Assembly (NCBI GenBank): GCA_963716255.1
Contig: OY970303.1
Span: 3,648,001-3,712,000, forward strand
Length of the DNA: 64,000 bases
Origin: an uncultured Gemmatimonadales bacterium
GTDB taxonomy: Bacteria; Gemmatimonadota; Gemmatimonadetes; Longimicrobiales; Longimicrobiaceae
Direction of reading: 5' to 3'
Positions 45,018 through 56,107 of this stretch are shown here, piece by piece; positions within the stretch are counted from its first letter, which is position 1; each line of letters opens with the position of its first letter. The translations under genes and the position numbers were made by a program. The notes below the pieces were generated by a model. That model was not told the origin of the DNA and did not search any database. It saw only the letters and a list, made by a program, of their open reading frames with translations.

Positions 45018-45233
45018 ATGAAGCGATACCTCACCATCGTTGAGCCTACTGAGAGAGGCTTCTCGGCTTACTCCCCGGACCTGCCCGGCTGTGTCGGCAC
45101 GGGACACACCCAGGAGGAGGTCGAAGCGAACATGCGCGAGGCCATCGAATTCCACATCGAGGGCCTTCGATTGGAAGGCTACCCGGTTCCGGAGCCGAGC
45201 AGCGAGTCCACTTACATCGATGTGGCTGCGTAG
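45018..45233 (+). CDS. hicB: HicB-family antitoxin (short)
   Basis: FSAYSPDLPGCVGTG.T.EE...NMREAIEFHIEGL..G.PVP. Confidence 0.88.
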   Translation: MKRYLTIVEPTERGFSAYSPDLPGCVGTGHTQEEVEANMREAIEFHIEGLRLEGYPVPEPSSESTYIDVAA

Positions 45234-45265
45234 GATGTGCGCCGGTGTCGATCCCGCCTGGTGCC

Positions 45266-45380
45266 ATGATGCAGAACACTGACGTTCGGAAAGCCATAGA
45301 CGCGGGTTTGGCAGACTGTGCTGCCGGCCGGACCGTCCCGGTCGATGAAGTGCGCCGACGTTATGGATTGCCGGAGCGAT
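45266..45380 (+). pseudogene. Probable truncated antitoxin remnant
   Basis: VRKAIDAGLADCAAGRTVPVDEVRRRYGL resembles the C-terminus of small RelE/ParE-partner antitoxins; N-terminus missing. Confidence 0.45.
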
Positions 45381-45536
45381 GCGGCGTCGATAGCAGGGCA
45401 GCGGAAGAGGGGGCTTCTGCGGAGGCCCCGGGCGTCGTAGCGGCGAGTGCGACCACCGCGAATAGGGGTCACGGAGTGGAAGAGGGCGGCTGACGATGCG
45501 CTTTTCCCACGACCATGGACGCTTGGTCGCGCAATC

Positions 45537-45752
45537 GTGGATCCGAAACTCAGTAAGACGACGGTGGCTCCGTCTCCCAGCGAAATCCAGCTGAAAGATG
45601 CACTGAAGGTGGCGCTCGTGGAGGTGCTGGAAGAGCGCTCCGACCTGTTGCGCGATGTGCTGGCGGAGGTCATCGAGGACATCGCATTCGCGCGCGCCAT
45701 CCAGGAAGGCGAGGCGAGCGGGCTGGTGCGCCGTGAAGAAGTCTTCCGTTAG
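45537..45752 (+). CDS. Small antitoxin-like protein
   Basis: LKDALKVALVEVLEE..AEVIEDIAFARAIQEGE..VRREEVF resembles antitoxins usually found upstream of RelE/ParE toxins; start uncertain. Confidence 0.55.
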   Translation: MDPKLSKTTVAPSPSEIQLKDALKVALVEVLEERSDLLRDVLAEVIEDIAFARAIQEGEASGLVRREEVFR

Positions 45753-45888
45753 TGGCTCCCTGCCGGTCCCCCCCGTCTCATCCCCATCCCCACCGCTCCC
45801 GACCCGCCGCAGCGCTTGCCCCCCGCCGCGGCCCGCGCCACATTCCGCACGGTCACCCCCAAGCGTTTCCCCCACCGGAGCCCCGCCC

Positions 45889-48513
45889 ATGCGCCGCCCC
45901 GTCCTGCTCGCGTCCTTGTCCCTGGCGGCGCTGGCCGGCTGCGCCCACGCGGGCCGCGGCGGCGCCCCCGCCGACGCGGGCGCGCTCATGCGGCCGGGCG
46001 TGTCGCTGGAGCTGGCCCGGGAGCGCGCGCGCACCCTGGCCGACGTGCGCTACGCCCTGGCGCTGGACGTCACCCGGCGCGACACCGCGCTCGGCCGCGC
46101 CACCCTGGCCTTCACGCGAAAGCCCGGCGCCGGCGATCTGGTGGTGGACTTCCGCGGGCTGGCGCTGGACAGCGTCGCCGCCAACGGCGCGACCCTCGCC
46201 GACCATGCCTGGGCCGATGGACACGTCCGCATTCCCGCGCGGCACCTGCGCACGGGCGCCAACACCGTGGGCTTCCGCTTCGCCGCGCGCATCGCGCCGG
46301 TGGGCGCCAGCGTGATCCGCTTCGAGGACCCCACCGACGGCTCGCGCTACCTGTACACCCTGCTCGTCCCCGCCGACGCCAACCAGCTCTTTCCCGCCTT
46401 CGACCAGCCCGATCTCAAGGGCCGCTTCACGGTGCAGGTGGTCGCGCCCGAGGGGTGGAGCGTGCTCGCCAACGGGCCCGAGACCTCGCGCGCGCCGGAG
46501 GGCGGCGCCGTCCGCTGGAGCTTCGCCGAGACCGAGCCCATCTCCACCTACCTGGCCGCCTTCGCGGCGGGGCCGTGGCGGCGGTGGGAGTCGGCGGAGG
46601 GCGGGCGCCCCATCGGGCTGTACGCCCGGCGCTCGCTGGCGCGCGAGGTGGACGCGGACACGCTCATGCGCAGCAACCGCGACGCGCTGGCGTGGCTGGA
46701 GCGCTACTTCGCGGTGCCCTTTCCCTTCGCCAAGTACGACGTGCTCCTCGCCCCCGCCTTCCCCTTCGGCGGCATGGAGCACGTGGGTGCCGTGTTCTAC
46801 AACGAGAATTCCTTCGTCTTCCGCGAGGCGCCCACGCTGGGCGAGCGCCTGTCGCGCAAGGCCACCACCTACCACGAGGTGGCGCACCAGTGGTTCGGCG
46901 ACCTGGTGACCATGCGCTGGTTCGACGACCTGTGGCTCAAGGAGGGGTTCTCCACCTACATGGCGGCCAAGATGCAGGACGAGCTGGACCCCGGCTCGGA
47001 AGCGTGGAAGACCTTCTACCTGCGCAACAAGCCGCTGGCCTACGGGACGGACGTCACCGAGGGGACCGTCCCCGTCTGGCAGGAGCTGGGCAACCTGGAC
47101 CTGGCCAAGGGCAACTACGGCCCCATCGTCTACAACAAGGCCCCCTCCATCCTCAGGCAGCTGGAGTTCATGGTGGGCGAGGACGCCTTCCGCGAGGGGC
47201 TGCGCATCTTCCTGCGGCGCCACGCGTATGGGAACGCCACCTGGCGGGAGCTGCTGGCGGCGGTGGAGGAATCGTCCGGGAGCTCGCTTCAGGCCTTCGG
47301 GGAGCAGTACATCCTGCGGGCGGGGATGCCGGTGGTGGAGACGGCGCTGGCGGAGGAGGGCGGGCGAATCCGGCGGCTGGCGCTGGTCCAGCGCCCGGCG
47401 AGGGAGCTCCCGGGCGACCCGGGCGGGTGGTGGCCGGGGCGGGTGCGGGTGAGGCTGGGGTACCGCGACCGGCCGGACACGGTGCTGACGGTGGCGTTCG
47501 CGGGCGCGACCACGGAGGTGCCGGAGGTCGCGGGGCTCCCGGCGCCGGACTGGGTGTGGGCAAACGACGGGGACTACGGCTACGGCCTCTTCCTCCCGGA
47601 CGCGCGGAGCGCCGCCCACATCGCCGCGCACGTGGGCGAGACGCGCGACGGGCTGCTGCGGGCGATGCTCTGGGGCTCGCTCTGGGACCTGGTGCGCGAG
47701 GCGCGGCTGGACCCCGCCGAGTACGTGCGGCTCACCCTGCGCGAGCTGCCGCGCGAGCGCGACGAGCAGATCGCCGCCACGCTCCTGGGCCGCGCCTCCG
47801 CCGCCCTCGCCCGCTACCTGCCGGAGGAGGACGCGGCGCGGCTCCTTCCCCAGTGGGAGGCGCTGCTCCTGGCGCGCGCCGACGACGACTCGCTCTCGTA
47901 CGGGCTGCGCAAGGCGGCGCTGGACGCCTACCTGGGCGCGGCGCGCACCCCGGCCGCGCGCGCCGTGCTGCGCGAGTACCTGGCGGGGACGCGCCGCTTC
48001 GCCGGCGAGCCGCTGCGCGCGCCCAGCCGCTGGGCCGCGGTGACGCAGCTCCTGGCCGCCGGCGACCCCGCCGCCGATTCGCTGTACGCCGCCGAGACGG
48101 CGCGCGACACCACCCCCGAGGCGGCGCGCCGGGCCTTCGTCGCCGGGGCCGCGCGGCCGGACTCCGCCGGCAAGGCGGCGTACTTCGCGCGCTACCTGCG
48201 CGACCCGTCCCTCAACGAGGAGTGGGTGACCGCCTCGGTGGGCGCCTTCAACGACCCGGCGCACGCCGCGCTCACCCTGCCGCACCTGCGGCCGGCGCTG
48301 GAGGAGCTGGTGTGGCTCCGCGACAACCGGCGCATCTTCTTTCTCCCCCGCTGGATCGCCGCGTTCCTGGGCGGGCAGACGGATGCCCGCGCCCTGGCGA
48401 CGCTGGACGCCTACCTGGCCGCACACCCGGAGCTGCCGGTGGACGTGCGCCGCAAGGTGCTCCAGGCGCGCGACGAGCTGGAGCGCACCGTCCGCATCCG
48501 CGCCCGGCGCTGA
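45889..48513 (+). CDS. pepN: M1-family aminopeptidase N, lipoprotein
   Basis: LAGC lipobox; FPAFDQPDLK, GGMEH, HEVAHQWFG..WLKEGF, IVYNKA. Confidence 0.93.
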   Translation: MRRPVLLASLSLAALAGCAHAGRGGAPADAGALMRPGVSLELARERARTLADVRYALALDVTRRDTALGRATLAFTRKPGAGDLVVDFRGLALDSVAANGATLADHAWADGHVRIPARHLRTGANTVGFRFAARIAPVGASVIRFEDPTDGSRYLYTLLVPADANQLFPAFDQPDLKGRFTVQVVAPEGWSVLANGPETSRAPEGGAVRWSFAETEPISTYLAAFAAGPWRRWESAEGGRPIGLYARRSLAREVDADTLMRSNRDALAWLERYFAVPFPFAKYDVLLAPAFPFGGMEHVGAVFYNENSFVFREAPTLGERLSRKATTYHEVAHQWFGDLVTMRWFDDLWLKEGFSTYMAAKMQDELDPGSEAWKTFYLRNKPLAYGTDVTEGTVPVWQELGNLDLAKGNYGPIVYNKAPSILRQLEFMVGEDAFREGLRIFLRRHAYGNATWRELLAAVEESSGSSLQAFGEQYILRAGMPVVETALAEEGGRIRRLALVQRPARELPGDPGGWWPGRVRVRLGYRDRPDTVLTVAFAGATTEVPEVAGLPAPDWVWANDGDYGYGLFLPDARSAAHIAAHVGETRDGLLRAMLWGSLWDLVREARLDPAEYVRLTLRELPRERDEQIAATLLGRASAALARYLPEEDAARLLPQWEALLLARADDDSLSYGLRKAALDAYLGAARTPAARAVLREYLAGTRRFAGEPLRAPSRWAAVTQLLAAGDPAADSLYAAETARDTTPEAARRAFVAGAARPDSAGKAAYFARYLRDPSLNEEWVTASVGAFNDPAHAALTLPHLRPALEELVWLRDNRRIFFLPRWIAAFLGGQTDARALATLDAYLAAHPELPVDVRRKVLQARDELERTVRIRARR

Positions 48514-48514
48514 T

Positions 48515-48985
48515 TCAGGGCTTCTTCCTTCCGCGCCTGCGGGGATACTCGGGGGGTGGCGTGTCCGGGCCCCGCGGCGGGGGCGGCGCGATCGGGCGAG
48601 GCGGCAGGGCCGGCGGAGGGCCGTCCTCCTCGTAGAGCGCGGACAGCTTCTCCGCCCACGGCGGCACGTCGCCGCCGGACTCGATGTGCACGTGCCGCAG
48701 GCAGCGCACGAAGCGCTCGTACGCGGCGTGGCGGTGCTCGTCGGGGACGCGATTGAGGAGGTGGATCAGGAAGAGCGCCGTGACCTCGGGATCGGGATCC
48801 GTGGGGAGGGCCCGGAGGTACTCCTCCGTGTACAGCTTGCGGAGGAGCTGGCGCGTCTCGTACTGCGGCTCGGAGCCGCGGATGAACTTGTCGATGGTGC
48901 CGTGCGCCACCCGCCGGTCCAGACGCTTCTCGGCCACGTAGCGGAGCGAGGTGGTGCGCACGTACACGGCGACGAAGTTACGCAC
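48515..48985 (-). CDS. Hypothetical protein with possible N-terminal HTH
   Basis: TSLRYVAE..AHGTIDKFIRGSEP..TRQLLRK; Pro-rich tail; start uncertain. Confidence 0.55.
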   Translation of the reverse strand: MRNFVAVYVRTTSLRYVAEKRLDRRVAHGTIDKFIRGSEPQYETRQLLRKLYTEEYLRALPTDPDPEVTALFLIHLLNRVPDEHRHAAYERFVRCLRHVHIESGGDVPPWAEKLSALYEEDGPPPALPPRPIAPPPPRGPDTPPPEYPRRRGRKKP

Positions 48986-49124
48986 CCGCTCCAGGAGCGG
49001 GCGCTTGGGCGGGTCTCCGCCCTGTTCATTCCGTATACCTCCGGCGTCGCTACACTGTACACTTTAGGTTCCGGGAACCCGCCTGGCAAGGGCACCCCGG
49101 CCCTCCACACCCGAGGCTTGCTCC

Positions 49125-49334
49125 ATGCGCCGGATCGCCCTGCGCACGATCGCCGCCGCCGTCCTGCTCCCGCTCGCGGCGCCGTCCCCCACCCTCGCGC
49201 AGCGGGCCGCGCCCCCGCTTGCCTCGCAGGTGCCGGAGGGCGGGCCCGTCATGACGGTCGCCATCCCCGCCGCGCAGCTCGTCGCGGCGGTCGCGGTGGA
49301 GCGGCGCTCCGGCGCCGGGAAGCCGCCCGGGTGA
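49125..49334 (+). CDS. Short signal-peptide-bearing ORF, possibly a remnant
   Basis: MRRIALRTIAAAVLLPLAAPSPTLA-Q then only about 45 aa. Confidence 0.35.
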   Translation: MRRIALRTIAAAVLLPLAAPSPTLAQRAAPPLASQVPEGGPVMTVAIPAAQLVAAVAVERRSGAGKPPG

Positions 49335-49423
49335 TTGATCGGGCCCGCCCGCCGTCGTAGGATACGGGAGAGGCGGCTCCGTCCGCCCGCTCCTCGCCGC
49401 CACTGCGCACCCGGGAGGTTTCC

Positions 49424-50491
49424 GTGCTCTATCCCCTCGTCCTGCTCGCGGGCGCCCTCGCCGCCTGCGCCCCGGCGTCCACGTCCACCCCGCCCGCGGA
49501 GCAGCAGGTGCCGTCCGCCGCGCCGGCCGCGCCCGCGGCCCCCGCGCCGCGCAGCCTGGGGACGGGGACGCTGGTGGTGCTCAACAAGGCGGGCGCCAGC
49601 GCCGCGCTGGTGGACCTGGTCTCGGGCGAGGTGTATGCGACGCTCCCCACCGGCGACGGGCCGCACGAGGTGGCGGTGTCCGCGGACGGCCGCACCGCGG
49701 TGGTCGCCAACTACGGCGCCCAGGTGGGCGGGCGCACCCTCACGGTGCTCGACCTGGCCGGCCGCCGGGTGGTGAAGACCATCGACCTGGGGGAGCATCG
49801 GCGGCCGCACGGCATCGCCTGGCTCCCGGACGGGCGGCGGGTGGCGGTCACCTCGGAGACCAGCCGCGCGGTGCTGCTGGTGGACGTCCCCGCCGGGCGG
49901 GTGGAGACGGCCATCCCCACCGGACAGGCGGGCTCGCACATGCTGGCGCTGGCGCTGGACGGCCGGCGCATCTTTACCAGCAACATCGGCTCGGGGAGCG
50001 TTTCCGCGCTGGACGTGGCGACCGGCACCCACCTGCGCACCATCCCCACCGGCGACGGGGCGGAGGGGATCGACGTGTCGCCCGACGGGGCGCAGGTGTG
50101 GGTCACCAACCGCGAGGCGGACGACGTGACGGTGCTGGACGCCGAGACGCTCCGGCCGCTCGGCACCCTCCCCTCGGCGCGGATGCCCATCCGCGTCAAG
50201 CTGACGCCGGACGGCCGCACGGCGCTGGTCTCCAACGCCATGTCCGGCGAGCTGCGCATCTTCGACGCGGCCACCCGCCGCGAGCTGGCCGTCATCCACA
50301 CGGCGGAGGACCCGCGCTCCAACCCCATGCCCGTGGGCGTCCTCATCTCCCCGGACGGCGCCATGGCGTACGTGGCGATGATGCAGGGCAACGAGGTGGC
50401 GGCGGTGGACCTGCGCGAGCGGCGGGTGGTGGGGCGCATCCGCCCGGGCGCCGGGCCGGACGGCATGGCGTGGTCGCCGCTGACCAGGTGA
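49424..50491 (+). CDS. YVTN/YncE-family beta-propeller lipoprotein
   Basis: LAAC lipobox; repeated TG.GPHE/GAEG..SPDG..V.N blades. Confidence 0.9.
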   Translation: MLYPLVLLAGALAACAPASTSTPPAEQQVPSAAPAAPAAPAPRSLGTGTLVVLNKAGASAALVDLVSGEVYATLPTGDGPHEVAVSADGRTAVVANYGAQVGGRTLTVLDLAGRRVVKTIDLGEHRRPHGIAWLPDGRRVAVTSETSRAVLLVDVPAGRVETAIPTGQAGSHMLALALDGRRIFTSNIGSGSVSALDVATGTHLRTIPTGDGAEGIDVSPDGAQVWVTNREADDVTVLDAETLRPLGTLPSARMPIRVKLTPDGRTALVSNAMSGELRIFDAATRRELAVIHTAEDPRSNPMPVGVLISPDGAMAYVAMMQGNEVAAVDLRERRVVGRIRPGAGPDGMAWSPLTR

Positions 50492-50519
50492 GCGCCCGCG
50501 GACCGGGGGAGGACGAGCC

Positions 50520-51338
50520 ATGAGCGACCGGGCGGCGTTCCGCGACAACGTGGTGGTGATCACCGGCGCCTCGGCCGGGATCGGCGCGGAGCTGGCGCGG
50601 CAGCTCGCCGCCGGCGGCGCGTGGCTGGCGCTCGCCGCGCGCGACGCGGCCCGGCTGGAGGCGGTGGCGGCGGAGTGCCGGGCGCTCGGCGGGCGGGCGA
50701 TCGCCGTCCCCACCGACGTGGCGGAGGAGGCGCAGTGCCGGGCGCTGGTGGAGCGTACCGTCGCGGAGTTCGGGCGGCTGGACACGCTGGTCAACAACGC
50801 CGGCATCGGCATGTGGGCGCGCTTCGACGAGATCACCGACCTCGCCGTGTTCGAGCGCGTCATGCGCGTCAACTACCTGGGGAGCGTGTACTGCACCCAC
50901 CACGCGCTCCCGCACCTGAAGCGCTCGCGCGGGCGGATCGTGGGCGTGTCCAGCCTCACCGGGAAGACGGGCGTCCCCACGCGCAGCGCCTACGCGGCGA
51001 GCAAGCACGCCATGGCGGGGCTCTTCGACTCGCTGCGCATCGAGCTGGACGGCACCGGCGTGTCCGTCACCATGATCTACCCGGGCTTCGTCGCCACCGA
51101 GATCCGCGAGCGCGCGCTGGGCCCGGACGGGACGCCGCTGGGCGCCGGGAACAGCCCGGTGCGCGAGCGCGAGGTGATGACGGTGGAGGAGTGCGCCCGC
51201 CGGATCGTGCGCGCGGCGGCGGCGCGCAGGCGGGAGGAGGTGATGACGGCGCGGGCCCGGGTGGGGATGTGGCTCAAGCTGATCGCGCCCGGCGCGGTGG
51301 ACCGCATCGCGCGGAGGGCGATCGCGCGGGGGAAGTGA
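50520..51338 (+). CDS. Short-chain dehydrogenase/reductase
   Basis: TGASAGIG, NNAG, YAASK. Confidence 0.95.
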   Translation: MSDRAAFRDNVVVITGASAGIGAELARQLAAGGAWLALAARDAARLEAVAAECRALGGRAIAVPTDVAEEAQCRALVERTVAEFGRLDTLVNNAGIGMWARFDEITDLAVFERVMRVNYLGSVYCTHHALPHLKRSRGRIVGVSSLTGKTGVPTRSAYAASKHAMAGLFDSLRIELDGTGVSVTMIYPGFVATEIRERALGPDGTPLGAGNSPVREREVMTVEECARRIVRAAAARRREEVMTARARVGMWLKLIAPGAVDRIARRAIARGK

Positions 51339-51442
51339 GGGGTGGGTCGATCCGGATCTCCGCATGACTCTGAGCCATGGGGTTCCAGATAGTGTGTTGG
51401 CGATTCACGAACCGAAATCATCTCGCTGCACGATACTGAACC

Positions 51443-54400
51443 ATGACGAATCCCGATCAGCCTGCTCCGCTCCAGTACAGGGGAGTCATGGTCTCCAGCA
51501 CATTCTCGGATCTGGAGCGCCACAGGGCCGAGTTGATGAAAGCCCTCCGCAAGGAAAAACTCTTCCCCATCGGTATGGAGGACTACGTTCCCGTTCCTGG
51601 AGACGATATCATCAGCTCCTCCCTCAACATGGTACGGGAAGGCACCGCCTACATCGGGCTCATCAGCCAACGCTACGGACAGGTGATCGAGTGTGATACT
51701 CGCAATCCACATGGGTATTCCGTAAGTCGACTTGAATTCGAGGAGGCGCAGCGTCTCGGTCTGCCCATTCTTGTCTTCGTGATGTCTGATGAACATCCCG
51801 GCAGCAGGAAAGACTTCGAAACCGACGCGGAGAAGATCAGGAAGCTTGAAGCATACCGTGAACGCGCGAAGGAAGGTCGTATCTATGTCCCCTTCGACAG
51901 CCCCGAAGATTTCATCCAGAAAGCCATCCACGCGGTGGCGAGTCTCCGTCGCCATCTGAATGAGCAGTCCCAACCCGCGCTGCCTCCGAAAGCCACGCCA
52001 CGCGATCACGATCACTCTCCTCAGAAGTTCGATTTTGTCCCGAGACCACCGGCATTTTACGCCGAGCCCGCCTACATCGGCTCGCATGCTTTCGTTGGGC
52101 GGAAGGCGCAGCTCGACACGCTGAGCGACTGGGCTTCGCCGGCCGACCCGCACCCCCTCCTCCTGTTCGAGGCCATCGGCGGAACGGGTAAGAGCATGCT
52201 CACCTGGGAGTGGACCACCAGGCATGCCACGACCGTTCGTGGGGACTGGGCCGGCCGCTTCTGGTATTCGTTCTACGAGAAGGGAGCCATAATGGCCGAC
52301 TTCTGCCGGCGTGCCCTTGCGTACATCACGGGTCAGCCGTTCGACGACTTCCGGAAGATGAAGACTGCGGAACTGGCGGAGCTGCTCCTCCGTCAGCTCC
52401 GGGCCCGTCCCTGGTTGCTCGTGCTCGACGGGTTGGAGCGCGTGCTCGTCGCATACCACCGCTACGATGCCGCCCAGCTTCTCGATGAGGAGGCTGGCAC
52501 GACGGACAAGATCGCCCAACGCGACCCCTGCGCGGCCATTCGGCCCGAGGACGACGACCTCCTTCGTGCCCTCGCCGCCGCTGCACCCTCGAAGCTTCTC
52601 CTAACTACCCGGCTCACTCCGCGCGGCCTGCTCAACGCGGCGAACCAACCCATCCCGGGCGTCCTTCGCGAGCGCCTCCCGGGTCTCCGTCCGGCGGACG
52701 CCGAGGCTCTTCTGCGCTCCTGTGGGGTCACCGGTACCTCGGGGAGTATTCAGAATTTCCTCCAGAGCCACTGCGACTGTCACCCTCTCGTCACCGGGGT
52801 CCTAGCCGGACTGATCAACGACTATCTTCCTGACCGGGGAAACTTCGACACGTGGTCCGCCGACCCGGATCACGGCGGTCAGCTCAACCTCGCGGACCTC
52901 GATCTCGTCCAAAAGCGCAACCACATCCTGCACACGGCCCTGGCTGCGCTTCCGGAGAAGAGCCGGCAACTCCTCTCCACGCTGTCCCTCCTCTCCGAAG
53001 CCGTGGACTACACCACCCTCAGTGCGCTCAATCCGCACTTGCCTCCCGAACCGGAGGAGGTAGCGGAGCCAACCAAGCCCGAGGTTGGGTGGAGATGGCA
53101 GTTCATGACTGACGTCGAGAAAAGAAAGCGGCGAGAGAAATATCTAGTAGCCGTCCGGCTGTACGAGGAGTACAAACTCGCTATAGAGGCTAGGTTACAA
53201 TCGCCAGAGTTTCGTAGGGCTCCGCGTGAGCTGGCAAGCACGATTCGGGATCTGGAGCATCGCGGCTTGGTGCAATACGCCCCGCAGGCTCAACGCTATG
53301 ACCTGCATCCCGTTGTTCGCGGCATTACCGCCGGTGCTTTGCTTCAGGAGGAACGAGACCACTTCGGCCAGCGTGTGGTCGACCACTTTTCCCAGCAGCT
53401 CCATAGGCCATATGAAGAGGCGGAATCGCTTGAAGATGTTCGACACGACCTCCATGTAGTCCGCACCCTGGTCCAGATGGGTCGCCGTGAGCAAGCATGC
53501 GACGTGTATGTCGGCGCGCTGGCAGCAGCACTCCTTTATAATTTGGAAGCCCATGCAGAAGTATTGTCCATTATGCGTCCCTTTTTCCCTCACAGCTGGT
53601 CTATTGCGCCTGATGACTTGGAAGAGTGGAAAGCCTCGTATCTGCTGAAGGGAGTCGCGTTAGCAATGAGTGTAGGGGGAGAGTGGGAAGAGGCTGTGGC
53701 CGCGACAGGTACTGCTTTGTTAATCGCTTTTCGGCAAAAGAATTGGGGTCGGGTGCAACTTGATCTGAGCGCTCTGGCTTTCTGTTATTGTGATTTGAGT
53801 AGATTTGCATGTTCGGATCGACTTCTGCTCCTCTCTCTTGATATTGCGTCTTTTAACGACGACGATGAAGCTCTCTTCTTGACCCGAATAATCCGCATGC
53901 GTCATCTTACCATGGTCGGATTATGGCAGGATGCCGAGGCAATCTGGCGTCTCCTGGATCCGATGGGTCGTGATTGGGACCGTCACATCACTCGCCCTGG
54001 GAGCGCAGAGCTCAGGTATGCAGCGCTTCAGCTGTGCCAGGGAACTTTGCTCGAAGATCATCTCCTGCATGCAGAGCAGCTGAGCAGGGCAGGGAAGAAT
54101 CGTATCGGGATCCGCGCGCTTCACGGCCTGCGCGGAGAGTGGCATTTGGATTAAGGCCGGTGGGTACTCGCCGCTGACAGCCTGCACGAGGCGGTGCGCA
54201 TGGCTCGTGAGGTGGGACGTAGGGACGCGCGGACAGAGACGCTGCTCACACTCGCCAGGTTCCACTTAGGTCAAGTCCCTGATCCTCGCCGCGAAGCGGA
54301 GCACCTTGCCAGGGCAAAGGAGCCCTATTACCGCGGCCTCGCAGAACTGTGGCTCGCGATCGGTGACGCCGAGCAGGCGAAGACCCACGCTCTCGCCGCC

Positions 54401-54613
54401 TATGAATGGGCCTGGGCCGATGGGGACCCCTATGTGCACCGCTACGAACTCGACAAAGCCCGCGCTCTGTTGGAGCAGCTTAGTACCGAAATCCCCGATC
54501 TGCCGCCGTACGACCCGGCCAGAGATGAAAAGCTTCCCTGGGAGGAAGAGGTTGCGGCCGCCATCGAAAAGTTGCGGGCTGAAAAGAGTTCTGAAGAGAA
54601 CGACGAGGAATGA
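51443..54613 (+). pseudogene. DUF4062 + STAND NTPase + helical (TPR-like) protein split by one in-frame TAA
   Basis: VSSTFSDL..RYG..LEFEEA (DUF4062); GGTGKS (Walker A); LLVLDGLE (Walker B); YDLHPVVR. TAA at 54152-54154, with the same frame open again to 54613. Confidence 0.8.
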
Positions 54614-54661
54614 GGAAGTGCCGCGTGCGCCACCCGTCCGCGGACCTGGCCCTCGGCCCGC

Positions 54662-55852
54662 TTAGCCGCCCCTGGACCCTGGCGAGCGGGGCAGCTCCAC
54701 GGTGAAGACGGTCCCCGCCTCCACAGAAGACGTGGCGCGGATGCCGCCGCCGTGGGCGCGCGCGATCTCGGCCGCGATGTACAGGCCAAGCCCCAGCCCC
54801 GGCTGCGGGCCCCTGCGCTCGGGCCGCACGTAGGGCTCGAAGAGGCGCGGGACCACCTCCGGGGCGATGGGCTCGCCCCGGTTGGCGACGGCGAGCACGA
54901 CCCGGTCCGCCGTGGCCGTGGCGGAGATCTCCACCGGCTCCCCGGGCGCGCCGTGCTCCACCGCGTTGGACACCAGGTTGGAGAGCATCTGCGCCACGCG
55001 CGAGCGGTCGAGCGACGCCGTCCCGACACCGGCGGGGGCGAAGCGCAGCGTGCGGTCGGGGCGGCCGCTGGCGATCTCGTCCACCACCTGGCCCACGAGC
55101 TCGTCGACTTCCACCGGCTCCACGGTCAGCGTCATCCCGCCGCCCAGCCGCCCGCGGGCGAAGTCCAGGACGTCGTCGATCATCCGCGACATGCGCTCGC
55201 CGCTGCCCAGGACGCGCTCCAGCACGGTCCGCTGCCGGTGCTCCTGCGGCAGCGCCAGCAGGAACCCCGCGCTCATCAGGATGGACGAGAGCGGGTTGCG
55301 CAGGTCGTGGCCCAGCACGGCGATGAACTGCTCGCGGAGGTCCGCCGTCGCCCGCTCGTCGGCGAGCGCCACCCGGTCGAGGTGCGACTCCTCTTCCGCG
55401 GTCAGCTGAAGCGAGATCAGCTCGGCGAACAGCTTCATCATCGCCAGCGTCTTGTCGTCCCGCAGCGCCGCCGGGGCCGAGTCCAGCGCGCAGATGTTGC
55501 CGAAGTACTCCCCGTCGGGCCGGAAGATGGGGACGGCGATGTAGCTTTCCAGCCCGTACAGCCTGGGTGTGGGATGGTCGCAGAACTCCGGCTCCCGGCT
55601 GGCGTGCTCGATGATGATGGGCTCGTGGGAGTCGCGCACCTCGCTGCACAGCGTGGTCGCGACGTCCAGCTGGTCGCCCACGCCCAGCCCGAACTCCATC
55701 TGGTCCAGCACCGCGCAGGCGACCCACGACTCCCGGGTCACCCGGGCGACCAGGGCCAGGCGCAGGCCGGTGATCTGGGTGACCACCCGGAGGATGGTGG
55801 GCACGGCGCTGATGCGCGCCACGGCGGCGACGTCCGCCTGGAGGTGGTCCAC
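54662..55852 (-). CDS. GAF-sensor histidine kinase
   Basis: GAF (SYIAVPI..FGNICALD); H-box VLGHDLRNPL; NLVSNAVEH; GLGLGLYI. Confidence 0.93.
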   Translation of the reverse strand: MDHLQADVAAVARISAVPTILRVVTQITGLRLALVARVTRESWVACAVLDQMEFGLGVGDQLDVATTLCSEVRDSHEPIIIEHASREPEFCDHPTPRLYGLESYIAVPIFRPDGEYFGNICALDSAPAALRDDKTLAMMKLFAELISLQLTAEEESHLDRVALADERATADLREQFIAVLGHDLRNPLSSILMSAGFLLALPQEHRQRTVLERVLGSGERMSRMIDDVLDFARGRLGGGMTLTVEPVEVDELVGQVVDEIASGRPDRTLRFAPAGVGTASLDRSRVAQMLSNLVSNAVEHGAPGEPVEISATATADRVVLAVANRGEPIAPEVVPRLFEPYVRPERRGPQPGLGLGLYIAAEIARAHGGGIRATSSVEAGTVFTVELPRSPGSRGG

Positions 55853-56107
55853 GGTGCTGTTGGATCAGGAGTTCCGCGCCGGCGAAGTGCCGCCGGCAGT
55901 TGGACGAGTGGTAAACATCGGGCGCCGGGCGCCCGCGCGCAACATGGATGCCACGGCCGCCGGACGGCGGCGATTTGCCGGACCCGTGTCCGGCCGGTAC
56001 TTTCCGCGGTGCACGTCCGTGCCCCCGTCCGCTCCCTTTGTCCCGTCGAGACGTGAGCCACGCATCCCCGGGCGCCCCCTCCGGCGCCGCGCCCCGCCGG
56101 ACCGGAC

